Source: Myxococcota bacterium
GTDB lineage: Bacteria; Myxococcota_A; Polyangia; Nannocystales; Nannocystaceae
Direction of reading: 5' to 3'
DNA length: 17,491 nucleotides
Assembly: GCA_039028615.1 (NCBI GenBank)
Contig: JBCCHT010000080.1
Location: 1 to 17,491 of the forward strand
In this document: piece by piece, positions 7,268 through 15,469 of the stretch
Layout of the letters: each line of letters starts with the position of its first letter
Position numbering within the stretch: position 1 is the first letter of the stretch
Translations under genes and position numbers: made by a program
The notes under the pieces: model-generated
Told to the model about the DNA's origin: nothing
Databases searched by the model: none
The model's input: the letters and a program-made list of their open reading frames with translations, nothing else

Positions 7268-8581
7268 TCACATCCTTACCCGGAACGCGTTGACGATCAC
7301 GCCCGGCGCCGACAGGCCGACGGTCGGCTCGCCCGTACCGAAATCCACGAGCCGCGATTCCGAGAAGTCGCCGCTGATCTCGGTAGCGTAGCGACGACCA
7401 CCGAGCTCGAGATGTTGGGTAGACGGGCCGCGCGGTTCTCGGTCGTCGAAGATCTCGATCGTGGTTGGGTCGGCCAAGTCCAGCTTGGCCCAGTACCACG
7501 CATCCAGCTGCGCCGCGGGCGTTTGCAGATCGGCCGGGACGAGGCTCGGGTCGATCACGCGCACGAACACCGTCGTGTCGGATAGCGGGATCAGGCCCGC
7601 GCCGTCCCACCCACCGCTGAGCTCGGTGTAGGTGAACTCCTCCGCGACGTCGTACTCGCCGCTGGGGATTCGCACGATGCACTCCCGGCCGCCGCCTCGT
7701 CCGTCGAGACGATTGGTGACGTTGGCGACATCCGACGCAGCGTAGAGATCACCGTTGTCGGCGAGGTGGAGCTCGGTCAGGGCGGAGCAGTCGGGTACCT
7801 CGAGGATCTGGGTGACCTGGTCCGTGTCGGGGTCGATGAACACGAGCCGGGACAACGGACTGAACCCCACCCCGAGGCTCAAATACGACAGCGAGATCAC
7901 CACCTCGCCGTCGCGAAGCACGGGGCGAGTACCGATGATGCCGAAGAAGCCCGACTCCGCCACATCGCCCAGCTCGAAGTTTCCGGTGATCAGCATTTCG
8001 CTGGGATCGAAGACGACCGTGTTGAACTCGATCGTATCGACGACATAGGCCTTGGTCGGACTCACGAACACGAAGTTGCCGGCCGCGACCCCGTTGGCGC
8101 TCGCGATCGATCCCTCGAAGGACACGGTGCGCCCCTGCTCGATACCGCCGTCGGCGTCGACCAAGAACTCGGTGAGTCGCGGCGTCGCACCATCGCTGGT
8201 GTAGACGACGCCCCCGTCTCCGTCTGGCCCGACGGCGATCCCGTTGTTCGGGATCTCGAGACCAGCATCGAGCTCGAGGCTCACCTCTTCGTCGAGCGCA
8301 TCGGCGAATACGGCGATCGCGAGCACCTTCCGGCCGGGGATGCGGAGGGAGAACGTGAACAAGCCGGTGGGGGGAGGGAGCGCGCCGTCGGTCTCCCCCG
8401 CCTCGGTGTCGATCGCCGCCGTCTCGTCCGCGGTTCCATCGTCGACGGCGGTGGTGCCCGACTCGCCGACCCCCTCGGTCTCGGCGGATGGCGTCGGGGT
8501 GGAAGCTTCGTCGGTCGTGCACCCCAGGGACAACGCGAGGCCGATGGTCAGGACGGATCGTGGATGCGAGAGCTGGAGCAT
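7268..8581 (-). CDS. MxcI/DUF4374-like iron-uptake-associated lipoprotein, 437 aa
   Basis: ATG 8581 lies 14 nt after the upstream stop. Lipobox SLGC, acidic Thr linker, motif FVSPTKAY.......VVFDPSEM.ITG that I recognise from myxobacterial MxcI-like proteins. Last gene of the PepSY operon. Confidence 0.72.
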   Translation of the reverse strand: MLQLSHPRSVLTIGLALSLGCTTDEASTPTPSAETEGVGESGTTAVDDGTADETAAIDTEAGETDGALPPPTGLFTFSLRIPGRKVLAIAVFADALDEEVSLELDAGLEIPNNGIAVGPDGDGGVVYTSDGATPRLTEFLVDADGGIEQGRTVSFEGSIASANGVAAGNFVFVSPTKAYVVDTIEFNTVVFDPSEMLITGNFELGDVAESGFFGIIGTRPVLRDGEVVISLSYLSLGVGFSPLSRLVFIDPDTDQVTQILEVPDCSALTELHLADNGDLYAASDVANVTNRLDGRGGGRECIVRIPSGEYDVAEEFTYTELSGGWDGAGLIPLSDTTVFVRVIDPSLVPADLQTPAAQLDAWYWAKLDLADPTTIEIFDDREPRGPSTQHLELGGRRYATEISGDFSESRLVDFGTGEPTVGLSAPGVIVNAFRVRM

Positions 8582-8595
8582 GGGAGTGAGCACGG

Positions 8596-8925
8596 TCAAG
8601 GGGTGGTTTCGGAGGGCACATCCGGCATGCCCCCGAGGAGCAAGACCGGTCCTCCGAGCCCGAGCGAGGCGAGGAGGCACCACATCCAGGCCCGCTTGGC
8701 GCTGGGGAGCAGGAGCACCACCGCCATCGCAAACACCCACAGCGGCAGGAACAGGAGCACGCCAACCGTCGTCGCGACTTCCGGGGACGTCGGGAGGATG
8801 CGCGCCAGCAGGACGCAGGCCAACGTCGTGGGGATGAGCGAGCCCAACGTGGCAGCGAGGATGCGGAACACCGTGTCCCGCCTCCCGTTCCACGCCGGTT
8901 CGCGCTTCTTCCAATCACGCTTCAT
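8596..8925 (-). CDS. Small 3-TM membrane protein (DUF3649-like iron-uptake accessory), 109 aa
   Basis: ATG overlaps the upstream stop (ATGA at 8925-8922). RILAATLG... start, three hydrophobic helices, SAKRAW motif. Confidence 0.75.
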   Translation of the reverse strand: MKRDWKKREPAWNGRRDTVFRILAATLGSLIPTTLACVLLARILPTSPEVATTVGVLLFLPLWVFAMAVVLLLPSAKRAWMWCLLASLGLGGPVLLLGGMPDVPSETTP

Positions 8926-9239
8926 GAAAAGCCTCCGAGCCACCAAGACGCACTCGCCCCGATCGCCGCGACGGTGAGCACACCGAGCACCCGATCGGCC
9001 CGGCGCGGAGCGTACGGCCGGGCGAGGACGAATCCGGCGAAGCCCATCGACCACGCGGCCAGGCCGAACACCCACGGCGTCACCGGGTTGGGATCCGCGG
9101 CCCCCGCAGCGACGCACGAGACCGCCGCGGAGACCGAGCCGCCGGTCAGCCACGCCCGGCTGCGGCCGCTACGGTGTGTCCGCTGGTGCCATAGACCCGC
9201 CGACACCAGCGCGAGGAGCAGGGCGACCCACTCGCTCAT
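8922..9239 (-). CDS. Small membrane protein (DUF3325-like), 105 aa
   Basis: ATG overlaps the PepSY gene stop (ATGA at 9239-9236). About four hydrophobic segments. The family name is inferred from context. Confidence 0.7.
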   Translation of the reverse strand: MSEWVALLLALVSAGLWHQRTHRSGRSRAWLTGGSVSAAVSCVAAGAADPNPVTPWVFGLAAWSMGFAGFVLARPYAPRRADRVLGVLTVAAIGASASWWLGGFS

Positions 9240-10762
9240 TTTGGCCTCCGCGGTGGCTTCTCGGCGCGGAACGGCCCGCGCGCGACGATCCTCGCCAGTA
9301 CCGCGAGCAGCGTGCCCGTGACCAGCAGACCGATGTCGACGGCGGTCACCATCGGGGAGGACGCGCCGAGCAAGCCATGGCCGCTCTGCATCGCTTGAAC
9401 CAGGGGGAGGATGGCGAACGCGACGGCGCCACCCCACAACAGGCGAGCCCACGCCTGTCGGAGCTCGGCCTGCACGCTACCGAACGCGACCGCCCCGGCG
9501 AGCGTGAGGACGAACGCCAGCTCGATCGTGGGATTGCGTGACGCCCAATCCGCGGGGACCACGAGGCTGGCCAGCAGGGTGAAGGCGATCGCCACGGGGA
9601 GCCCTCCGCCGATTCCCGCGGTCATTCGCGCCAGCGTTCGATCGCTGCGCCGTATCACCCGGCCCGCCCGACGCTCGAGCCACAGCCCGATCCCCGTCAG
9701 CACCGTGATCGCCGTCAACAGGGCCAGCAGCGCGTAGACGAGCTTGAGACCCCAGCCCCCCAGCTCGGCGAAGTGCAGGCTCAACAGCCAGCGTTGCGCG
9801 GCGGCGGGCACCGTGTCCGCGCTTCGATCGCGGACCGCCAACACCTCTGCGCTCGTGCCCGCCACGTAGACCGTCACTCGCCCGGGCGCGTCTTCGATCC
9901 GGCCGTTCACGCGTATGACCGTGGTGGCCAGGCCCGGCTTCGCCGTCCGCAGCCGCACCACTTCCATGTCCGGGATCGCCTCTTTGGCCGCCGCGATCCA
10001 GGCCGAGGCGCTCGCTTGCGGGGCGAGCTCTTCCTCCGCGTCGATCTTCGGAGCCTGTTCGCCCAACGCCACCGTTTGCACCCGCTCGAGGTCTCCGCCG
10101 TACAGGGGTACGCCCACCGCCGCGATCGCGTACGGCCCCAGGACGATGAGCGCGGCCGTGTAGGCGATCATCAGCTGGAAGGGCAGGCCCGCGACCGCGC
10201 TGACCTTGTGGAGGTCCGACCACAGGCCTCGGGCCGGAAGATGAGCCCGAAAGCGATTCATCTCCGGGATCACCTTGCGCAGGTGAATGCCCAACCCGGT
10301 GAGGATGGCCAGCAGCATCGCCAGCGAGATCAGTCCGCCCAGCGTGTACAAGATCGGAACCGCGGAGTGGTAAAGGAAGTGCACCCGAAACAGGAACAAG
10401 CCGGCGTGGGATCGCGCGCGACCCCAGCCATCCTCTCGCCAGACCCACTGCGTGCTCTCGCCCTGCTCCGTGCTCACGTAACCGACCGGCGCACGATGCC
10501 CCTGTTCGGGCTCCGGCAGGTTGAGCGTCAGCCGAGTCGGCTCTCGTTCGGTCTCCGCCAGCTCGTTCCACCACGTGTCGACATCCTCGACCGGGGCCAC
10601 GTGGTGCGCCGGCTCTTCCCATGCGCCCACCGGATGCCAAACCAGGGCAACGATTCCGGTGACGAACATCAGGTACAGCACGAGTCCCGCGATGGCCCCG
10701 ATCCACGCGTGCACGTCGTAGAGCACTCGGTAACGGCGGTCGCGAGGTCTGAACAGCGGCAT
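9236..10762 (-). CDS. PepSY-associated TM helix domain protein (PiuB/FoxB-like iron-regulated membrane protein), ~508 aa
   Basis: Conserved His motifs VHAWIG, RVHF, DLHK and SLHF, GGWGLKLVYALL, and multiple TM helices with two periplasmic loops. Alternative ATG at 10774. Confidence 0.92.
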   Translation of the reverse strand: MPLFRPRDRRYRVLYDVHAWIGAIAGLVLYLMFVTGIVALVWHPVGAWEEPAHHVAPVEDVDTWWNELAETEREPTRLTLNLPEPEQGHRAPVGYVSTEQGESTQWVWREDGWGRARSHAGLFLFRVHFLYHSAVPILYTLGGLISLAMLLAILTGLGIHLRKVIPEMNRFRAHLPARGLWSDLHKVSAVAGLPFQLMIAYTAALIVLGPYAIAAVGVPLYGGDLERVQTVALGEQAPKIDAEEELAPQASASAWIAAAKEAIPDMEVVRLRTAKPGLATTVIRVNGRIEDAPGRVTVYVAGTSAEVLAVRDRSADTVPAAAQRWLLSLHFAELGGWGLKLVYALLALLTAITVLTGIGLWLERRAGRVIRRSDRTLARMTAGIGGGLPVAIAFTLLASLVVPADWASRNPTIELAFVLTLAGAVAFGSVQAELRQAWARLLWGGAVAFAILPLVQAMQSGHGLLGASSPMVTAVDIGLLVTGTLLAVLARIVARGPFRAEKPPRRPK

Positions 10763-10772
10763 AGGCCAGCGC

Positions 10773-10778
10773 ATCGTA
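10773..10778 (-). promoter_or_regulatory. Putative -10 box TACGAT of the PepSY operon
   Basis: TACGAT lies 10 nt upstream of ATG 10762 and ~30 nt downstream of the Fur-box-like palindrome. Confidence 0.45.
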
Positions 10779-10806
10779 CCCACGCTGCGCCGCGCTGCCG
10801 CCCGAA

Positions 10807-10827
10807 AATTGAAAATAGAATTCAATT
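10807..10827. promoter_or_regulatory. Fur-box-like palindrome AATTGAAAATAGAATTCAATT
   Basis: Strongly AT-rich tract in a GC-rich window. Inverted repeat AATTGAA-N7-TTCAATT, resembling the 7-1-7 TGA.AAT.ATT.TCA Fur core, 45 nt upstream of an iron-uptake operon. Confidence 0.75.
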
Positions 10828-10936
10828 GGGCGCAAGAAGTGCTACCGAACGGCTCTTACCGGCGATTTATGCGCAACGCTATTGAGTTGGGGCTTCAACT
10901 GGCACAGGCGCAGATCACGGATCGGCGCCACCCGAT

Positions 10937-11090
10937 GACCACGAGTACCGGGTCGAGCCGCTCGACGAAGGCCGTCGCACCCGCTTCATGCAAACCGACG
11001 TCGCCGCGGGTCTCCTCGGCAAGGGCCTCGAGCGCCTGCGAACCATCAGGAAGCTGGCCGCCAGGTCGTTCGCGGTCCATCGGGGAGGGA
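10937..11090 (+). pseudogene. Remnant of an SRPBCC (polyketide cyclase/START-like) gene, C-terminal part
   Basis: In frame with and upstream of ORF 10988: DHEYRVEPLDEGRRTRFMQTDVAAGLLG. In-frame stop at 10883 and no start. A possible frameshifted piece, LLSWGFNW, begins at ~10879. Confidence 0.5.
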
Positions 11091-11170
11091 CTGGTGTTGA
11101 TCGGGTGAGGGTCGATCTCATGCCGAACGTAGGCGTGCGTAGCAGCGCTTGGCCGCGGGCTGCTCGTCGG

Positions 11171-11500
11171 TCAGACGGCCCGCGCCCGTGTTCGTAGCTG
11201 GATCAGCGGGTCTGTCCGCAGCATCTCGAGCCGCGTGTCCGCATCCCGGGAGTGGACGATCGTCGTGGGCTCCATCCGCATCAGCGCGTCGATCGGTCGC
11301 GCCTCCATCGATTCTTCGACCAGCTCGAAGCGCCCGTGATCGAAGGGCTGCCCTGGCGCCGCCCCGACCTTGACCGCCCGCTCTCGGATCCCGCGGCTCG
11401 CTTGCTGCATCGCGCGGTGGATGCAGTAGGGGTTGTTGCCCGGCCGACCGAGCAGGCTGTGACTGGTCCACGAGCAGCCGCCGCGACAGGTGTCGGCGTA
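11171..11500 (-). pseudogene. Radical SAM/SPASM protein remnant, C-terminal fragment
   Basis: YADTCRGGCSWTSHSLLGRPGNNPYCIHRA....GIRER.VKV..APGQPFDHGRFELVEE matches my recollection of the C-terminus of the Y_X(10)_GDL-associated rSAM family (TIGR03913-like). Similarity stops abruptly above 11500. Confidence 0.85.
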
Positions 11501-11698
11501 GGACCCCATCCCACTCAGCTCGCTCCATACGGTAGAAGCCCCGCAGAATCCGCCTCTTCCGAACTCTCGGTCGGAGGCCAGCGATTTCATGCAGCGAGTT
11601 CTTGGCTTTGACGACGTCTTCGCGCGAGACCTCGTTTCCCAGGATGTCTTCATATCTGCTGTAAGCGTCGACTCCGGCGAAGTACTGCCCCGCCGGTT

Positions 11699-11883
11699 GA
11701 CGACCTACACGCGTGCCTCAACGGCAACTCTGCATCTTCGACGCAACCGCGGTGCCCGGTTGCCAAGGCGTGGGCTACTGCACGCCGTCTTGCGAAGTCG
11801 GCTCGGACACGTGTCCCGACCCCGAGACCGAGTCCGTACCGCCGGCGAACGAGCATGTCGGCATCTGCCTCATTCCAAAGTGA
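11699..11883 (+). pseudogene. Frameshifted C-terminal remnant of a Cys-rich secreted protein gene
   Basis: DDLHACLNGN, then a frameshift, then CIFDATAVPGCQGVGYCTPSCEVGSDTCPDPETESVPPANEHVGICLIPK* (11731-11883). G/C-ending codons, no 5' part. Not in the ORF track. Confidence 0.65.
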
Positions 11884-11900
11884 GTCTTCGATTCCGGTGA

Positions 11901-11936
11901 CATCGCAGCCTGGGTGCAACGACTCAGGCTGCGATG
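11901..11936. terminator. Strong hairpin between convergent stop codons
   Basis: CATCGCAGCCTGGGT / ACTCAGGCTGCGATG, 14 of 15 Watson-Crick pairs with a 6-nt loop, between stop 11883 (+) and stop 11970 (-). No U tract. Confidence 0.6.
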
Positions 11937-11969
11937 GCGCTCGCGTTGGTGCCCCAGCGAGTCCCGAGC

Positions 11970-12467
11970 TCAGCACTCCTCGTTGTAACAGTGCACGGTG
12001 CCGTCCTCCATGATGAGCTCGTCGCCGTAGCAGTAGCCAACCCAACCGCCACCATCTTCGCAGCCCACCACCCAGACGGTGCAGCCGTTGTCGTTGCAGC
12101 ACAGCGCCTCGTCGTCGGCCGCGGGCACGGGGCCGCCGGGCGTGACCTCGTACGTCTCGAAGAAGCACTCCACCTGGCCGGTGGCAGCGTCGACTTGGCC
12201 GTAGTCACAGTAGTACGGGGTTTGGCCTCGCGTGCAGCCGCGCGGACCGGGCTCCATACACGTGCCGGACCGGTCGTCACAGCAAACATCGTCCGCGTAG
12301 GTCGGAGGCGGACCCAGGTAGGGAGAGCACTGACCGCTGAAGCATGCGTCGCGCGTGTCTTCGGTGGTGCAGGTGCCAGAGGAGGATGCCTCGGAGGAGG
12401 ACGCCTCGGCGGAAGCGGTCGTGGCGAGGAGGGCGGAAGCGAACAGAGAGGCGATGATGCGGTTCAT
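11970..12467 (-). CDS. Secreted Cys-rich protein with two CC-C-C-C-C modules, 165 aa
   Basis: GGAG 6 nt before the ATG, Sec signal peptide ending ASA, 16 Cys, internal repeat VCCDD..C..C..YYC..GQVECF / LCCND..C..C..GYC..GTVHCY. Confidence 0.88.
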   Translation of the reverse strand: MNRIIASLFASALLATTASAEASSSEASSSGTCTTEDTRDACFSGQCSPYLGPPPTYADDVCCDDRSGTCMEPGPRGCTRGQTPYYCDYGQVDAATGQVECFFETYEVTPGGPVPAADDEALCCNDNGCTVWVVGCEDGGGWVGYCYGDELIMEDGTVHCYNEEC

Positions 12468-12659
12468 GATGGACTCCGACCTTTCTGTTCCCGCCGAGTT
12501 CTGACCGGATCACGAGTCCCGCAAGATTCTGTGGAGGGGCCCCAGCACCACGACTGAAAGGGAATGACCTCACACCGATAGCGGCGAAACGCAGGGCCTC
12601 AGGCCGGGCCCGAGGTGCACCAGGTCGTCGCACCTACGCAATGTGGAGACAACGAGTGA

Positions 12660-12868
12660 CGGGTTGGTGGGCAAGGACGGGCAGCCCTCGAGCGTGCCGT
12701 CAGCCTCGATACCCAGCGCCCACAGCCCCGATGGACAGCCGGTCCAGTGCGCGCCGTGATCACCCCCGGCCCGCAGGTGTCGCTCGTACGGGCCGAAGTC
12801 ACCGATGTTGTTCGCGGGAAACAACCGGATGCCGGCCGGGTCGAGCACCGTCCGGCCTCGCCCACGCG
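12660..12868 (-). pseudogene. Radical SAM/SPASM protein remnant, middle fragment
   Basis: RTVLDPAGIRLFPANNIGDFGPYERHLRAGG..GAHWTGCPSGLWALGIEADGTLEGCPSLPTNP, which is the NNIG.FGPYE motif plus the first SPASM Cys motifs (C..G...LGIEADG...GCPSL). Boundaries are approximate. Confidence 0.85.
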
Positions 12869-12960
12869 ACTTCGAGCGGCGGAGCCCGCATGCTCTTTGG
12901 AACACATGCTCGCCCCTGGGCAATCGAGCCCTCCCGCCGCAGGCCGAGTAGCCCCCGACG

Positions 12961-14547
12961 CTAGAAGCAGAGCTGCACCTGAAACGTCTGAGTCGCGGGC
13001 CAGGTGTCGAGGTTGATGAGAAAGCCGTCGCCAACCAGGCCGCGCCAGCCGGCGAGTGTATCGACGCCATAGAAGCAATCGATGCCGAGGGGATTGCCGC
13101 CCGTCGCGATGAGCAAGTCCCAGCCTCCCACGGGGACCTCTTGCTCGTCGCTGACACCGATGCTCGGAATGCCGGCCCACAGCTCGACCGCGGATCCGCC
13201 GAACGCGTGGCCCACGGAGAGGGTCGTAGGGGGTGATACGTCGTTGAATGCGCGACCGATGGCGAGCATGTCGTCGGAGCGGTCGAAGGTGTCGTCGACG
13301 AGGGTCAGTGCAGACTCACCGAGCTCGGTGTGAATGAGCAGATAGCGGTGGCCGCCCTCGAGAGTGAAGGTCCCAGTGGTGCCGATGCCGGGATCGGTGG
13401 GGTCCCGGCTCGTGATGTCGTAGTCACCGGGGATGAATCGATGCGTCGGGACCGGGCACGAAGGCGCGAAGCAGGGCTCGGCGACCGCGAACGTGAAGCT
13501 CGTCGGCATTGCCGGGAGGCTGAACTCGATGACGTCCGCGTCGCCCAGAGACAAGACGCCCAGCTCGGGGTCCGTTCGGATCGGCCGCACGGTACCGTCG
13601 ATGTCCACCCGAAGGATTTGCGGGGCATCGGGCTGAGTGGGCCAGTCTTGGCGCAGGTTGCCGAGCACGACCATCAGAACTTCACCCGGCGGCGGCACAT
13701 CGGCGACCTGGGTGGCCGCGAAGGTGTAGGCGTGCGAGGCACCGAGAGCTTCGTTCTCGAGCGCGTAGGGGACGATGCAGCCTGCAGCGCCGCAGTCGGG
13801 CAGATCGGTGCCCGATAGCGTGGCGAGAGGTTCGAGAGTCCCGGGCTCCGGGACATCCTGCCGTATGACCGTGATGTCGTCGGCGACGCCAGCGTGGGCG
13901 AAGCGCACCGGGTTGCTGTCGAGCGGAAGGTCTTGCTCGAAGGTCAAGCTGGCACCGTCGGGAGTGGGCGACGGACAGGTATGGAGATCGCGAGCCGCGA
14001 CGATCGCCCATTGTTCGTCGGCTCGCAGCGGGAACCACTCCGAGCACCCGACGGCCTCGGTCGTGCCCGCGCGCGCCAGCACCACCCGGCGAGCGTCTCG
14101 CGGAATGTCCTCGAGCCGAACGGCCTCGCCGGGGCCGATGTTGGTCGAGACCGGCGACGACTCGCCCACCAACCAAACGTCGACGGCGTCATCGAGATCG
14201 AGGACGTGCACGACGAGGATGTCCCCGTCGCCCTCGGGCCCCAGATCGCCGAAGTCGGGCGGCTCGCCCTCGCCCCAGTCCGGCACTTCATCGCCGGTTC
14301 CCTCCGTCGTGTCGTCGGCACCATCGCTCCCGGTGTCGACGGACTCGGTGGTGCTGCTACCGTTGTTACCCGGGCCCGTCTCGTCGGTGCTCGCCGTCGA
14401 AGAGCTTGCCGTACCGCCGGTCCCGGTTTCGGACGCGTCGAGGTCCGGGTTGAAGCAGCCTGCCCCCAGTAGGGCACCGAGAAGCACCGAACGACCGACC
14501 GGTTCCAGTTCCACGTAGGCATCGTAGTGGGGCGTGTTTGCCGGCAC
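12961..14547 (-). CDS. Lipoprotein with DUF4397-like beta-sandwich repeats, ~520 aa
   Basis: Lipobox LLGAGC, Thr/Ser/Gly/Asp linker, repeated domain starts ILVVHV.D...AVDVWL, VRFAHA, TLEGGHRYLLI and GRAFNDV. Start uncertain (GTG 14547 or GTG 14514). Confidence 0.8.
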   Translation of the reverse strand: MPANTPHYDAYVELEPVGRSVLLGALLGAGCFNPDLDASETGTGGTASSSTASTDETGPGNNGSSTTESVDTGSDGADDTTEGTGDEVPDWGEGEPPDFGDLGPEGDGDILVVHVLDLDDAVDVWLVGESSPVSTNIGPGEAVRLEDIPRDARRVVLARAGTTEAVGCSEWFPLRADEQWAIVAARDLHTCPSPTPDGASLTFEQDLPLDSNPVRFAHAGVADDITVIRQDVPEPGTLEPLATLSGTDLPDCGAAGCIVPYALENEALGASHAYTFAATQVADVPPPGEVLMVVLGNLRQDWPTQPDAPQILRVDIDGTVRPIRTDPELGVLSLGDADVIEFSLPAMPTSFTFAVAEPCFAPSCPVPTHRFIPGDYDITSRDPTDPGIGTTGTFTLEGGHRYLLIHTELGESALTLVDDTFDRSDDMLAIGRAFNDVSPPTTLSVGHAFGGSAVELWAGIPSIGVSDEQEVPVGGWDLLIATGGNPLGIDCFYGVDTLAGWRGLVGDGFLINLDTWPATQTFQVQLCF

Positions 14548-14568
14548 AAGCTCGTGGGGTCCTGCTCC

Positions 14569-14615
14569 AGTGAAAGAACAGTGACTGAAGTGACCGGCGG
14601 CACTGTTCGTTCACT
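14569..14615. repeat. 15-bp inverted repeat upstream of the lipoprotein gene
   Basis: AGTGAAAGAACAGTG-N17-CACTGTTCGTTCACT, 14/15 match. Confidence 0.7.
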
Positions 14616-15429
14616 TCGAGTCGACGCTGGGCTCGTTTTCGAGGTTCCACCGCCTCGCGGCGGCAATGCATCGCCATGGACGAGTAGCATGACCGCTTGC
14701 GCTCAACGCAGGCGAGAGCTCAACACCGCCCGGCTTGCACTCGCATCGTTCGCACCCGATCGATCATGACCGTATCGGCTTCCGGTACTCCCCGAATGTG
14801 CTCTGCGACGGGCGAAGGCGCACTACAAACTCGAAGCCCCCATCGGGGCCTTGGAAATCGGTTGATGCGGATGAGGGGTACGAGTGCAGAGCTTGGGGGT
14901 GACCCAAACCCCTGGCGCGACCTCGAGGCCTGTTGAGGACTGCATAGCTGCACGATCCTGAATGGCCCACCACGGGCTTCGACTACGTAACCCGGTTGGG
15001 ACGCTCGCGGCTCGAAGTCGGGAACTCGCTCGGCGAGGAAGCGCTCGAGGGGCGCGTCATCGGATGCCGAGGTCGAGCCTCGCGTATACGCGGACATCTG
15101 GTCGTCCGGCGGCTGCCTGGCGAACCCCACTGCCCCAAGCGCACCGGCACGCCCGGGGGGCGGATCGCACGGAGCACGCTGCGGCCCCCAAAGGGCAGCG
15201 AAACGCCCGGGGACGGGTCCACGGTTGCCTCGTCTACGCCCCTGACGTTCGGGGCAAGAGCGGATGCAAATGCGCCCCTTTGCTCGAGGCATGTGCGGGC
15301 TGAGAAACATTGGATGGAAATTTTCGGCGAGGGCACGCGGGCTCGTTCTTCGGGATCTGGGATCGCGAGATGGGAACGGAGGAGCGGCACGCGGGAGGAA
15401 CGAAGACGGGCTCTCCTTGGCAGGCGGGT

Positions 15430-15458
15430 TTGACACGGTCGCTCAGGTACCCGACTCT
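15430..15458 (+). promoter_or_regulatory. Putative sigma70-type promoter of the acyltransferase gene
   Basis: Perfect TTGACA at 15430-15435, 17-nt spacer, weak -10 GACTCT, ATG 11 nt later. Confidence 0.4.
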
Positions 15459-15469
15459 GGCCAGGCTCC

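Noticed and set aside
8582..8914. 111-codon N-terminal extension of ORF 7268..8914
   Set aside because: It overlaps the membrane-protein gene 8596..8925. The lipoprotein signal begins at ATG 8581.
11970..12467. Cys-rich protein as the RiPP precursor of the flanking radical SAM enzyme
   Set aside because: It has a Sec signal peptide and an even, disulfide-like Cys pattern, and it lies inside the broken rSAM gene rather than beside an intact one.
11501..12659. Self-splicing intron or intein restoring the rSAM gene
   Set aside because: No maturase, endonuclease or intein motifs. Coding sequence is missing at the junction and the N-terminal core is absent.
12570..13157. 195-aa ORF as a real gene
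   Set aside because: Only about 65 central codons are rSAM-like. The 5' part overlaps the lipoprotein gene in another frame.
15060..15125. Kinase-like ADIWSSG motif on the plus strand
   Set aside because: An isolated short match with no other kinase subdomains in frame.
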